Source: Archangiaceae bacterium
GTDB taxonomy: Bacteria; Myxococcota; Myxococcia; Myxococcales; Myxococcaceae
Length of the DNA stretch: 22,139 nucleotides
Assembly: GCA_043750125.1 (NCBI GenBank)
Contig: JAYVCD010000238.1
Location: forward strand, 1 to 22,139
Direction of reading: 5' to 3'
Part shown: in pieces, positions 1-9,084 of the stretch
Layout: each line of letters starts with the position of its first letter
How positions within the stretch are numbered: the first letter of the stretch is position 1
Notes under the pieces: model-generated
Told to the model about the DNA's origin: nothing
The model's input: only the letters and a program-made list of their open reading frames with translations
Database searches by the model: none
Made by a program: the position numbers and the translations under genes

Positions 1-62
1 CGTCGATTGGCGAGCTGGCGTACTACCAGCAGACCTACTTCAAGAATGTGAAAGACGTTTGA
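1..62 (+). CDS. 3' end of an unidentified CDS running in from the left edge
   Basis: Frame starting at nt 3 reads SIGELAYYQQTYFKNVKDV-TGA (stop 60-62) with GC3-rich codons; converges on and overlaps the NUDIX 3' end. Confidence 0.45.
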   Translation, partial: SIGELAYYQQTYFKNVKDV

Positions 63-541
63 GCTGAAGCCCGCGCGGCCAACCAGTCGCGCACGGCGAG
101 CCCAGTTCCGAAGTCCCACGGGCGAAGCTTCTCGGGGGCGATCTTCTTGTAGGCGAGAAGCTCGTCGCCGAGCTTCAGCGTTCCCGTTGCGACCACGTGA
201 AAGGCGACGATCAGCTCGTTGCGCAATTCGAAGGTGTACGCCCCCACGAGTGAGCGGACTTCGCCTTCGAGGTCGAGCTCTTCTTTCACCTCGCGCAGCA
301 CCCCTTGCTGGGGCGACTCGCCGGCTTCGAGGAAGCCCGTGACAAGACCGTAGAATTTTTCAGGCCAGCCCTGGGCACGGACCAACACCACCGCGCCTTC
401 GTGCTCGACGATCGCCGCGACCACCGGCAGCGGGTTTCCGTAATGGACGAACCCGCAACCTTCCTTCGGGCAGACCCGGCGGGTGCGACCCTCTTCGAGC
501 CGGTCGTTGAGCTCGGTCGCACACCGCGGGCAAAATCGCAT
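35..541 (-). CDS. NUDIX hydrolase with N-terminal zinc ribbon (NudC/ADP-ribose pyrophosphatase-like)
   Basis: RFCPRC...CPKEGC zinc ribbon; Nudix box GFLEAGESPQQGVLREVKEEL. Confidence 0.9.
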   Translation of the reverse strand: MRFCPRCATELNDRLEEGRTRRVCPKEGCGFVHYGNPLPVVAAIVEHEGAVVLVRAQGWPEKFYGLVTGFLEAGESPQQGVLREVKEELDLEGEVRSLVGAYTFELRNELIVAFHVVATGTLKLGDELLAYKKIAPEKLRPWDFGTGLAVRDWLAARASAQTSFTFLK

Positions 542-550
542 CGGCGGGCT

Positions 551-967
551 TCAGGATTTAGAAGAGACCACCGGGACCAGGGCACGGACGGCCGAGTCGC
601 GCAGGTACAGCCCGACCCAGACGACGATTCCGAGCACCACCGGAGCGATGAAGGGCTCGCCGACGCGGACGTGGCTCGCGGTGGCTCCACCGAGGTAGGC
701 GGTGAGCAACAGGCCACCCAGAATGCGGGTCTTCGGAATCGCGTAGAGAATGCCGCAGGCGATTTCGACGATTCCGATCGGAGTCAGCGCGCTCTCGCTG
801 TAGCCCAAATGCTGAACCAGGCCTTCGACGATCGCGGGCGCATGGGTGAGCTTCATCACTCCGCTGGCTGCGGTGGCCAGGACGACAAGGCCCGAGAGCA
901 CCCGCCCGACCCAGACCGACCCATGCACGCCTGCCTTTCCTGCGGACTGCCCAAGCGCTGCTTCCAT
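551..967 (-). CDS. DoxX-family membrane protein
   Basis: ATG at 967 with GAGAGG upstream; four hydrophobic segments; SGVMKL, GIVEIACGILYAIPKTRILGGLLLTAYLGGATASHVR pattern typical of DoxX_2. Confidence 0.85.
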   Translation of the reverse strand: MEAALGQSAGKAGVHGSVWVGRVLSGLVVLATAASGVMKLTHAPAIVEGLVQHLGYSESALTPIGIVEIACGILYAIPKTRILGGLLLTAYLGGATASHVRVGEPFIAPVVLGIVVWVGLYLRDSAVRALVPVVSSKS

Positions 968-1038
968 GGCTGTTGCCTCTCGTGGGGATGAAAAGGGGCG
1001 TTGGTTAACGACTGCGGGCAGCGGACACAAGCGAAGCC

Positions 1039-2391
1039 TCATCCCGCTTTATCAATCTCGGGCGGCTCGTCTTCGGTCGGCTCATCCTGAAACGCGCTGG
1101 GCAACATGTTGAACGGAAGCACCTTGGCCAGGGCGATCAGCAGCAAAACTCCTCCGGGCGCGGCGAAGATGGCCAAAGCGGGAATGACCTTCGCCACGTC
1201 GATGAGCTGCTCGCGCATCGCCTTGCGTTCTTCGCGGGTCAGCTTCTGGCCACGGGCGGCGCGGGTGAGCAGCACCGACAGCTCGCCGGTCTCTTTGACT
1301 TCCTGAATCAGGCGCTTGAAGTTTTTCTCGACGGTGCGCTGCATCGAATCGACGAGCTCCTGGCCCATCACATCGGCTCCGGCCGAAACGGTGAAGACAT
1401 CGACCACGCTGCGGTGGCGGGCGTAGAACTCGGCCATCTCGAGCTCGATTCGTTTGCCTTCTGCGTCTGGCACGCCCAGCGTTTCGCGCAGCCCCTTCAC
1501 CCAGCGGACTTCCTGGGGCGAGCGTCGGCCATCGACCAGCGAAGCGAGCACCGTCTGCTCGAGGATGAAGCGCTTGAGGTCCCGGCTGCGCACTTCTTTG
1601 AGCACCGCGCGCATCGAAGGGGTCTTCTCGAACGCCTTTTTCGCAAACGACCGCACGTCCCGCTCGAACGCGGACGGAAGGTGGAGGTCGTCGATCTGGC
1701 GCAAGATCGCCCGACGGGTGGGAAACGAGGGCTTTCGTTCGGCACAGACCAACCCCACCAACACCTGCACCAACAGCGCCTTCTGCGCGGCGGCAAAGTG
1801 AAGGCGCCGTTGCGCGGCGGCGCGGGGAAAGCTCGAGCGGGTGAAGTAGGCGAGCGCGATTCGCCCGAACACCTGGGCGTCGGCGTAGATCGCGCCGTTG
1901 TGGAGCACGAGGCCGAAGTACGGGTCTCCGGTGAGCGACATCGCGCGCTCTTCGAGGGCCTGCTCGACGCGGGTCCACACCTTGGTCGGCACCGGCCCGC
2001 TCTTCGCCGCCCGCTCGATTCGCTGATGAACTTCTTCGGCGTCGTTCACCTTGCCGAAGGTCGCGGCGAGCAGCAGCAGCAGCTGTTCCCGACGGGGAGC
2101 CGCAGGAGCTTCGGCCAGCACCGCTACGTCGAGCGCGACCCGGCTCAAGGTCCGCAGCACGGCCAGAAACAGAGTCTCTTCAGGCGCTCCAGTTCCCGGC
2201 GCGGCCTGGGAAGGAGTTCCATAGAGCAGGCCACTCTCGCGAAAGATTCCCCGCAGGTACCGACGGGCCCGCGCGGGTCGGCTGGTCAGCGCCAAGGCCT
2301 CGATCGCCGACCGGGAAAGGTGATCCGGGCGATGTGCTGCGACCTCGGCGTCGAGCAGCTTCACCAACCATCCTCGCTTCCCGAGCTCCAT
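1039..2391 (-). CDS. LETM1-like C-terminal domain / TerB-like helical protein
   Basis: Probable ATG at 2391 (MELGKRGWL); LASLVDGRRSPQE TerB-like segment; C-terminal REQLIDVAKVIPALAIFAAPGGVLLLIALAKVLPFNMLPSAF resembles the LETM1 motif. Confidence 0.65.
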   Translation of the reverse strand: MELGKRGWLVKLLDAEVAAHRPDHLSRSAIEALALTSRPARARRYLRGIFRESGLLYGTPSQAAPGTGAPEETLFLAVLRTLSRVALDVAVLAEAPAAPRREQLLLLLAATFGKVNDAEEVHQRIERAAKSGPVPTKVWTRVEQALEERAMSLTGDPYFGLVLHNGAIYADAQVFGRIALAYFTRSSFPRAAAQRRLHFAAAQKALLVQVLVGLVCAERKPSFPTRRAILRQIDDLHLPSAFERDVRSFAKKAFEKTPSMRAVLKEVRSRDLKRFILEQTVLASLVDGRRSPQEVRWVKGLRETLGVPDAEGKRIELEMAEFYARHRSVVDVFTVSAGADVMGQELVDSMQRTVEKNFKRLIQEVKETGELSVLLTRAARGQKLTREERKAMREQLIDVAKVIPALAIFAAPGGVLLLIALAKVLPFNMLPSAFQDEPTEDEPPEIDKAG

Positions 2392-2434
2392 CGGCGCGGA
2401 CCGTAGCGGATCACGACCCAAACGCCGATCGAGC

Positions 2435-2446
2435 CGAAAATTTTCG
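2435..2446. promoter_or_regulatory. Perfect 12-bp palindrome CGAAAATTTTCG in divergent intergenic region
   Basis: Directly visible; AT-rich island between divergent LETM1-like and pal-like genes; function unproven. Confidence 0.3.
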
Positions 2447-2542
2447 ACGACCCGAAGCGGATCGCACGCCAAAAAATTGATCAGCTTCAGGCCTGTGACA
2501 CCCTGTTGTTCACCTCGAAACACGGAGCGGGGAACACCACAC

Positions 2543-3055
2543 ATGATCAAAACAAACCTTTCGCTGATTGCGCTTGTCGTCCTTTTCATTCCGGCCTGCG
2601 CCCACAAGAAGATGATCGCCGAGCCTGCAGATCCGACCGGCGACAACCCGGTCTACGTGCGGGCCGGAGAGCCGGACCCGCTTCCCCAGATGCTCAAAGA
2701 GACGGTGCTGCACTACGGCTTCGATGACGCGACGCTCACCCAGCACGACACCCTGGCGCTGCGCCGCCTTGCGGACCAGATGCGCGCGCAGCCGTGGGCC
2801 GGAATCCGAATCGCGGGCCACTGCGATGAGCGTGGGACCGAAGAGTACAACCTCGCGCTCGGCCAGCGCCGCGCCGACGCCGCCCGCTCGTATCTGATCA
2901 AGCTTGGCGTCGCCGAGGCCGCGGTCGAGTCGTTGACCTTCGGGGAAGAAGTGCCGCTGATCGACGCTGAGACCGAAGAGGCGTTCGCCGAGAACCGCCG
3001 CGCCGAGTTCGCCCCTGCGCCGCTCGAGCTGTTTGGCTTCCTGGTGGACAATTGA
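2543..3055 (+). CDS. pal: OmpA-family peptidoglycan-associated lipoprotein (Pal-like)
   Basis: ATG 2543, lipobox-like FIPAC; GHCDERGTEEYNLALGQRRA and ENRRAEF motifs. Confidence 0.85.
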   Translation: MIKTNLSLIALVVLFIPACAHKKMIAEPADPTGDNPVYVRAGEPDPLPQMLKETVLHYGFDDATLTQHDTLALRRLADQMRAQPWAGIRIAGHCDERGTEEYNLALGQRRADAARSYLIKLGVAEAAVESLTFGEEVPLIDAETEEAFAENRRAEFAPAPLELFGFLVDN

Positions 3056-3546
3056 TTCACGCCGACGCGGGCTTCATCGACGTGGGCAGTCTTCACGCTT
3101 CGGCTGAGGACGGAATGTTGCCCCCGCCCTCGCCCACCCCGATTCTGTACGACCGCCGCGCGATGGAAAGGCGGCTGTTGGGCCTGGTCCCCGAGTCGAT
3201 CGAACGCAAGACCGAGCGCCGGGGAGAAGAGCGCCGCAGCTCGCCGCGCGCGCCCCGCCGCTTGTGGGTGGTCGACTCGAACGAAGGAGGCATTCCGAAA
3301 GTGTTCGAAGGAGAAATCGGCCTCGGCGGAGCTTCGTGGAACACCGCGTTTCCTCCGATGTCGGAGTACTTCGAGGTGCGCTTTCGCGTTCCGGACCACG
3401 AAGAAGAAGTGAAGCTGGCGGCGAAGCTGGCCCGCATTGTCCCGATGGGGGACGACAACCGGGTGCAGGTCATCTTCACCGACTTGCCGCTGCGGCATGA
3501 GCTGGCGATGGCGCGGTACCTCGACGACTGCGTCACCGGTCGCTGA
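3052..3546 (+). CDS. PilZ-domain protein (degenerate c-di-GMP motif)
   Basis: ERRSSPR (RxxxR) then EIGLGG at the D/NxSxxG position; ends F.DL....ELAMARYLD; TTG start overlaps pal stop (TTGA); later ATGs at 3115/3162 possible. Confidence 0.7.
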   Translation: MIHADAGFIDVGSLHASAEDGMLPPPSPTPILYDRRAMERRLLGLVPESIERKTERRGEERRSSPRAPRRLWVVDSNEGGIPKVFEGEIGLGGASWNTAFPPMSEYFEVRFRVPDHEEEVKLAAKLARIVPMGDDNRVQVIFTDLPLRHELAMARYLDDCVTGR

Positions 3547-3675
3547 AAGAGCAGCCGGTGAGGGGTTCGCCCCCCGCGAAGTGCCCACTTCAGTTCACAG
3601 GAGGGGTGCGACAAAAGGACTTCAGCAGTCCATGTGTGACCGGCGTTCCGCGCCTGATCTCGCGGACCTGACCGT

Positions 3676-3691
3676 TGGATACCAAAGTGCA
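3676..3691 (+). promoter_or_regulatory. Putative sigma54 (-24/-12) promoter
   Basis: TGGATACCAAAGTGCA: GG (3677-78) and GC (3689-90) separated by exactly 10 nt, about 30 nt upstream of the ATG at 3723 and its AAGGAG RBS. Confidence 0.45.
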
Positions 3692-3722
3692 CAGCGTGCT
3701 GTTCCCTCCAAGGAGCAGCCCT

Positions 3723-4745
3723 ATGCGAACCAAATCTTTACGAAACGAGTCGGTGTGGCCGCTGTTGATTGCGGCGCTGGCGTTCACGGGTTGCTCGGGG
3801 ACTCAGGAGCTTGGGGCTTCTGTTTCTTCCGGAGTTGGGCGGCTCGAAGCCGAGCTGTCGAGCACCAACGCCGTCAATGGAATGCAGATGCAGTCGAGCG
3901 GCCCGGGAGCCAAAGCGAAGGTCAAAGAGATCATCGTCACGGTCGCCAAGGTCACCGCGCACTCGAGCAGCGCTGGCTGGCAGACGCTGTCGAGCACCCA
4001 AATCACGGTCGACATCTTGAAGCTGGCCCAGTTCAGCCAGGCCCTGGGGTTTGCCAACATGCCGGCGGGAAAAGTGACCCAGGTGCGGCTCTACCTTGCT
4101 GAGACCGGGCCGCAGTACGTGACCCGGGACGACGGGGTCAAAATCGATCTGAAGGTTCCCAGCGGAGTGCAATCGGGAATCAAGATCAAAGGGCTCTTCG
4201 ACGTGGCCGGCTGCAACCTGACCAGCCTTCCCCTGCAAATCGACGGGAAGAAGAGCATCTGGGTTCACCCGACCGGGCAGGGAGATTTGTGGATCCTCCG
4301 GCCGGTGATCCGAATGGGCAAGATTCAGTCGTCGAACATTGGCTGCACGCCGAACCCGGGGACGGGCGGTGGAAATGGCGGCACCGGTGGTGGCGGCTTC
4401 GAGGAAGGAAGCGGCACTCCGGGTGGATCGGGCGCCCCTTGCACCACCAACCTCGGTTGCCTCTCTGGGGCGTGCACCAGCGGAATCTGCGCCAAGGGCG
4501 GGCCCGACGCTCCCTGCTCGCTTTCGCGCGACTGCGTTTCCAACGTCTGCGCTGATGGTGCCTGCGCGGTGGGAGGCGCGGGTGGAACCGGGTCGGCATG
4601 CACCCTCAACAGCGACTGCCTCTCGAACGGGTGCGTGAGCGGCAAGTGCGGCGAGGGCGGTCAGGGTCAACCGTGCGTCGTCGCGACCGACTGCGCGATG
4701 GGCTTCACGTGCGAGCTGGGCTCGTGCGCGGCGACTCTCAACTAG
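3723..4745 (+). CDS. DUF4382-like lipoprotein with Gly-rich linker and Cys-rich C-terminal repeats
   Basis: AAGGAG RBS; lipobox AFTGC; VDILKL...GKVTQVRL...LKVPSGVQSGIKIKG...ILRPVI pattern of DUF4382; four C-x5-C-..C..G.C repeats. Confidence 0.75.
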   Translation: MRTKSLRNESVWPLLIAALAFTGCSGTQELGASVSSGVGRLEAELSSTNAVNGMQMQSSGPGAKAKVKEIIVTVAKVTAHSSSAGWQTLSSTQITVDILKLAQFSQALGFANMPAGKVTQVRLYLAETGPQYVTRDDGVKIDLKVPSGVQSGIKIKGLFDVAGCNLTSLPLQIDGKKSIWVHPTGQGDLWILRPVIRMGKIQSSNIGCTPNPGTGGGNGGTGGGGFEEGSGTPGGSGAPCTTNLGCLSGACTSGICAKGGPDAPCSLSRDCVSNVCADGACAVGGAGGTGSACTLNSDCLSNGCVSGKCGEGGQGQPCVVATDCAMGFTCELGSCAATLN

Positions 4746-5289
4746 CGCCGAAGACGTCCCGGTGGACTTGAAGGCTCGAGGTGAGCTCGGGGTGGAAGGT
4801 GGCGCCGGTGATGTTGGCCTGACGCACCAGCACCGGCTCAGCCTCGAGGGTCGCGAGCACTTCGACCGATCTTCCCCGTTCGACGATTCGGGGAGCGCGA
4901 ATGAAGACCAGGGGCAGCGTGCTGCCGTCAGCGGTGCCCTCGAAGCTGTCGAGCTGCCGACCCCAGGCGTTGCGAGCGACCTTCACGTCGAGCAAGCCCA
5001 GGCTGTCTTGCTCGGGGCCGACCACGTTTTTCGCGACCAGAATCAACCCGGAGCAGGTGGCGAGAATCGGCTTTCCGCTGGAGGCGAACCGTTCGATCGC
5101 CGGCCGAAGACCATGGCGGGCGATCAGCGCCAGCTGGGTGGTGCTCTCGCCTCCGGGAAGCACCAGGCCATCGACGGTGGAAAGCTGCGCCGCCTCGCGC
5201 ACTTCGATGACCCGGTGGCCCAGCGCCCTTAAACTGTCGGCATGCAACGCGTAGCCGCCCTGCAGTGCGAGCACGCCGATCGACTTCAT
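4738..5289 (-). CDS. pdxT: PLP synthase glutaminase subunit PdxT
   Basis: IGVLALQG, LPGGESTT, TC nucleophile, RNAWGRQLDSF, FIRAP, FHPEL; ATG overlaps pdxS stop (TGATG). Confidence 0.95.
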   Translation of the reverse strand: MKSIGVLALQGGYALHADSLRALGHRVIEVREAAQLSTVDGLVLPGGESTTQLALIARHGLRPAIERFASSGKPILATCSGLILVAKNVVGPEQDSLGLLDVKVARNAWGRQLDSFEGTADGSTLPLVFIRAPRIVERGRSVEVLATLEAEPVLVRQANITGATFHPELTSSLQVHRDVFGAS

Positions 5290-6179
5290 CACCAGCCTCG
5301 AGTCGACAGCCGCTGCTCGGGAAGCAGCCTGGCCCGCTCGATTCCGCGCATGGCCGCGCCCAGGCCGGTGCTGACCTCAGCGAGCTTCTTGAAGTCCTGC
5401 CAGTAGGTGACGGCGTCGACGATCGCCTTCGCGCGCTTCGCCGGCTCTTCACAAAGGAAGATCCCGCTGCCGACGAACACCGCTTCGGCGCCCAGTGCCA
5501 TGCAGAGCGCGGCATCGGCCGGCGTCGCGATTCCGCCTGCCGCGAAGTTCGGCACGGGAAGCTTTCCGGTCTCGGCGACGGACTTCAGCAGCTCGTAGGG
5601 AGCCCCGAGCGTCTTGGCTTCGGTCATCAGCTGCTCGGGATCGAGGCTCTTCAGTCGACGCAGCTGGGTGCGCAGCGCGCGCAGGTGCCGGACCCCTTCG
5701 GCGATGTCGCCGGTGCCCGCTTCGCCCTTGGTGCGCAGCATCGACGCCCCTTCCGCGATGCGGCGCAGCGCTTCCCCGAGATCCCGACAGCCGCAGACGA
5801 AAGGAATCTTGAACGGATGCTTGTCGATGTGGAACTCGTCATCGGCGGGAGTCAGCACTTCACTCTCATCGATGAAGTCGACCTCGAGCGCCTCGAGGAT
5901 CTGCGCCTCGACGAAGTGGCCGATGCGGCACTTGGCCATCACCGGAATGCTGACGACTTCTTGAATCGCACGGATCATCGAAGGGTCCGAGGCGCGGGCG
6001 ACGCCTCCTTCGGCGCGAATCTGGGCGGGCACCCGCTCGAGCGCCATCACCGCGACCGCTCCGGCGTCTTCGGCCAGGCGGGCCTGCTCGACGTTGACTA
6101 CGTCCATGATCGCTCCGCCGCGCAACATCTGGGCGAGACCAATCTTGGTGACCCCAGTGGACTTCGTTTTAGACAGCAT
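5289..6179 (-). CDS. pdxS: PLP synthase lyase subunit PdxS
   Basis: [74 protein letters not shown]. Confidence 0.97.
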   Translation of the reverse strand: MLSKTKSTGVTKIGLAQMLRGGAIMDVVNVEQARLAEDAGAVAVMALERVPAQIRAEGGVARASDPSMIRAIQEVVSIPVMAKCRIGHFVEAQILEALEVDFIDESEVLTPADDEFHIDKHPFKIPFVCGCRDLGEALRRIAEGASMLRTKGEAGTGDIAEGVRHLRALRTQLRRLKSLDPEQLMTEAKTLGAPYELLKSVAETGKLPVPNFAAGGIATPADAALCMALGAEAVFVGSGIFLCEEPAKRAKAIVDAVTYWQDFKKLAEVSTGLGAAMRGIERARLLPEQRLSTRGW

Positions 6180-7692
6180 CGAGACGACCCTCCTTGCGGG
6201 TTGGTTGTTTGGTGCGCGAGCGGCGTTCCACCGCGGCCCACGCTTTGCCCAGCAGCTTCGCGCCCTCGACCAGCCGGGCTTTCGGTTCGGCGCAGAAGGT
6301 CAGTCGCAGGCCGCGCTGGGGTGATGCGCCGACCGCGTTGAGCGTGCCCGGGCTGACCATCACCCCGTGCTGCAGCGCTTCGACGTAGAGCAATTCCGGG
6401 TCGAGATCGGGGGTGGGCAGCCACAGCTGCAGTCCGGTCTCGGGGTGCCGCCACGTCACGGACGGGGGCAAATATTTTCGCAGCGCGTCTTCGAGCGCAT
6501 CGCGGCGCAGGCGGTATTCGGCGAGCACCCGGGTGAGGTGCGCCCGCAGGTAGCCGCGGCTCAAGAACTCGGCGAGCGCGTGCTGCAGCAGGCCCGAAGT
6601 TCCCAGGTCCATCGAATGTTTCAGCGCCGCGACGTGCTGCTGCAGCGCGGGCGGGCACAGCAGGTAGCCGATGCGCAGCGCGGGAATGAGCTTCTTGCTG
6701 TAGGTGCCGAGGTAGACGACTTCGCCGCTGAGCGAGCGCAGGGCCGGCAGCGGCGGTTTGCCATCGAGGTTGAGATCCGACGCGTAGTCGTCCTCGATCA
6801 GCGGCATTCCGGCTTGATGGGACCAGGCGACCAGCGCCTCGCGTCGAGCCAGCGACACCCGCAGCCCGGTGGGGTTCTGGCAGTTGGGCATCAGGTAGAA
6901 GCCCTTCATTCCGGCGCGGCCATCGCGGGCGAGCGCCTCGAGCGACGGGCCCTCGTCATCGCTGGGCACGGCAATCAGCCGCGCGCCGGCGGCCGAGAGC
7001 AGGTTCAGCGCCCCGTGGTAGGTCGATTCGTCGGTGAGAAAAGGGTCGCCGGGGTTGATCAGCGTGCGCGAGATCAGATCGAGCCCCTGCTGGCTGCCGG
7101 TGGTGATGAGCAGCTCGTCGGGGGAAGCGGGGACTCCCTGGCGAACGAGGTCCTGGGCGATGAGCTCGCGCAGTCGGGGCAGCCCCTCGCGCGGGGTGTA
7201 GCCCAGCGCTTTGGGACCCACGGTGCGCAGCACGTGATCGAGGCACCGGCGCAGCAGCTCGTGCGGCATCAGGTCTTCGGAAGGCTGCATGCGGGACAGC
7301 GCGATCACCTTCGCCCCGGGACTGCCGCTGCGAGAGATGCGGTCCTGGCGTCCCAGCGGCTCGACGGCCACCGCGTTCGAGGTCAACGACGCCCACGGAA
7401 GGCCGGCCCGTCGCATCGGCTGCGGCGCCGCAGCGGTCGGCAGCTGCTCGGCGACGAAGGTCCCGCGCCCGACGGCCGAAGAGACGAAGCCCGCCGACTC
7501 GAGCTCTTCGTAGACCCGAACCACGGTGTTGCGATGGGCCGCCAGCTCATCGGCCAGCGCCCGGGTGGGAGGCAGACGAAACCCCGGCGGCCAGGTGCCG
7601 GTGCGAATGCGGCCGGTGATTTGGTCGAACAGCTGTTGGTACAGCGGTTGTTCGCTTTTGCCTGAGAGAGACAGTCCGGTCGCCTTCGTCAT
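6169..7692 (-). CDS. pdxR: MocR/GabR-family PLP-dependent transcription regulator (PdxR-like)
   Basis: GntR wHTH ([10 protein letters not shown]...RLPPTRALA...[11 protein letters not shown]...GRGTFV) plus aminotransferase-like domain ([24 protein letters not shown]); overlaps pdxS start by 11 nt. Confidence 0.88.
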   Translation of the reverse strand: MTKATGLSLSGKSEQPLYQQLFDQITGRIRTGTWPPGFRLPPTRALADELAAHRNTVVRVYEELESAGFVSSAVGRGTFVAEQLPTAAAPQPMRRAGLPWASLTSNAVAVEPLGRQDRISRSGSPGAKVIALSRMQPSEDLMPHELLRRCLDHVLRTVGPKALGYTPREGLPRLRELIAQDLVRQGVPASPDELLITTGSQQGLDLISRTLINPGDPFLTDESTYHGALNLLSAAGARLIAVPSDDEGPSLEALARDGRAGMKGFYLMPNCQNPTGLRVSLARREALVAWSHQAGMPLIEDDYASDLNLDGKPPLPALRSLSGEVVYLGTYSKKLIPALRIGYLLCPPALQQHVAALKHSMDLGTSGLLQHALAEFLSRGYLRAHLTRVLAEYRLRRDALEDALRKYLPPSVTWRHPETGLQLWLPTPDLDPELLYVEALQHGVMVSPGTLNAVGASPQRGLRLTFCAEPKARLVEGAKLLGKAWAAVERRSRTKQPTRKEGRLDAV

Positions 7693-7765
7693 CGGGACTC
7701 CTTGGAAGAGACCCGATCAATGCCACCGGCCTCGAACGGTCGGTAGAGCCAGGCGCTTCAAAGGT

Positions 7766-7808
7766 ACTGTTCCAAGTAGGCCAATTCTAAACAATGAATT
7801 GTACCAAT
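7766..7808 (-). promoter_or_regulatory. Putative pdxRST promoter/operator: extended -10 plus direct repeat
   Basis: Minus strand TGGTACAAT (7806-7798) = TGn-TACAAT; direct repeat TTGGTACA (7807-7800) / TTGGAACA (7775-7768) in an AT-rich island. Confidence 0.45.
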
Positions 7809-7860
7809 CGCCTCGAACGAGACTTGATCGGGTTCATCGCCACCGACGCCTGGAGCTGGG

Positions 7861-9084
7861 TCAGGTCCTCCGGTTCGGGCGAGGGCGGGAATGCTCAGTG
7901 GCCCAGGTGCGGACCTCGACGGCGAGCCGCGCGCGGTCGGCCTCGGGAATTTCGGGCCAGACGGGCAGAAAGACCAGTTGCTGCAGCAGGGCGATCACGT
8001 TCTGGGCAGGGGCCCTCTCATCGGTTGCGCCGACACAGCTCAGGCTGGTCGCGGCCCGCGTCGCATCGAAGCCGCGCCGATGGAGCCAGGCGATCAACGC
8101 CGCGGGGTCGGACACCGTCACCGCGAACAACCAGTGGCTTCGCTCGGGCTGATCGACGCCGACCACCGTCGTGCCCGCGCCGAGCGCCTGGGTCAGCGCT
8201 TCTCCTGCCGCCGCCCGGCGTTCGAACCTCGAGTGGTCGAAGCGGTGGATTCTCCGATGGAGCAACGCCTGCAGCGGGCCGCAGGGGCGGCGACGGATTC
8301 CAGCGAGCAGGGCGGCGGGGTCCGCGAAGCCTCGGGTGACGGCGTTGAGCACTTCCTCGAGCGGTCGTCCGGTAAGGTCGCAGCCTTTTGCGAGCACCGC
8401 GTAGCCCACCGGCCCGCGGGCGCTCGACAGGGCCAGGGTCCGGGCGACCTTCTGGGCGTATTGCCCCACCGGCTGCACCGGCCAGTGGGCCTGGGCGGCC
8501 GCCATCGCTGCACGCCGTTGTGGATTTCGCACCACGGCGATCGCGCCCCCCAGCGCGGTGGCGGTCTTGATCGAACCGAAGCTGAACATCGAGATCTCTG
8601 CCTCGGGGTGTCCTTTCCACCCGGGGCCGGTGAAGCCCTGGGCGAGGTCTTCGATCAACACGAGCCGATGGGCGCGTGCGAGCGCGGCGATCGGCGCGAG
8701 GTCGAGGCGACCTCCCATCAGGTGAGCCACCAGCACCGCCCGGGTTCGTGGGGTGATCGCCGCTTCGACCCAGGCAGGCTCAGGGGCGAGCGTGCGCGGA
8801 TCCAGATCCACCGGAACTGCGAGCAGCCCGTGTTCCTCGAGCACCCGCAACATCCCCGGAATGGTGAGCGCGGTCGTGATCACTTCTGAGCCCCGGGGCA
8901 GCGCCAACGCCGAGAGGTAGAGATCGAACGCTGAGCGCACCGACAGACACACCACCGCCTCCCACTCGGCTTCGAGCGCGCGCCCGGCCTCCAACCCCCG
9001 GTCGCCACGCTCGAGGCAGGCGCGGGCCGCGAAGCCGAGGTCGTCGAAGCCGATGTCGATTCGGTGGCGGGGGTAGAGGGTCAC
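7861..9084 (-). CDS. DegT/DnrJ/EryC1/StrS-family PLP-dependent aminotransferase
   Basis: ITPRTRAVLVAHLMG, IEDLAQ, FSFGSIKTATALGG (PLP Lys); GTG overlaps upstream stop. Confidence 0.85.
   Translation of the reverse strand: MTLYPRHRIDIGFDDLGFAARACLERGDRGLEAGRALEAEWEAVVCLSVRSAFDLYLSALALPRGSEVITTALTIPGMLRVLEEHGLLAVPVDLDPRTLAPEPAWVEAAITPRTRAVLVAHLMGGRLDLAPIAALARAHRLVLIEDLAQGFTGPGWKGHPEAEISMFSFGSIKTATALGGAIAVVRNPQRRAAMAAAQAHWPVQPVGQYAQKVARTLALSSARGPVGYAVLAKGCDLTGRPLEEVLNAVTRGFADPAALLAGIRRRPCGPLQALLHRRIHRFDHSRFERRAAAGEALTQALGAGTTVVGVDQPERSHWLFAVTVSDPAALIAWLHRRGFDATRAATSLSCVGATDERAPAQNVIALLQQLVFLPVWPEIPEADRARLAVEVRTWATEHSRPRPNRRT

Noticed and set aside
3634-3651. CRP/FNR-type site (TGTGA half-site)
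   Set aside because: Second half-site (TTCCG) matches poorly at the required spacing
5265-7665. Long plus-strand ORFs (358 aa, 432 aa) opposite pdxS/pdxR
   Set aside because: Antisense shadows of highly conserved genes
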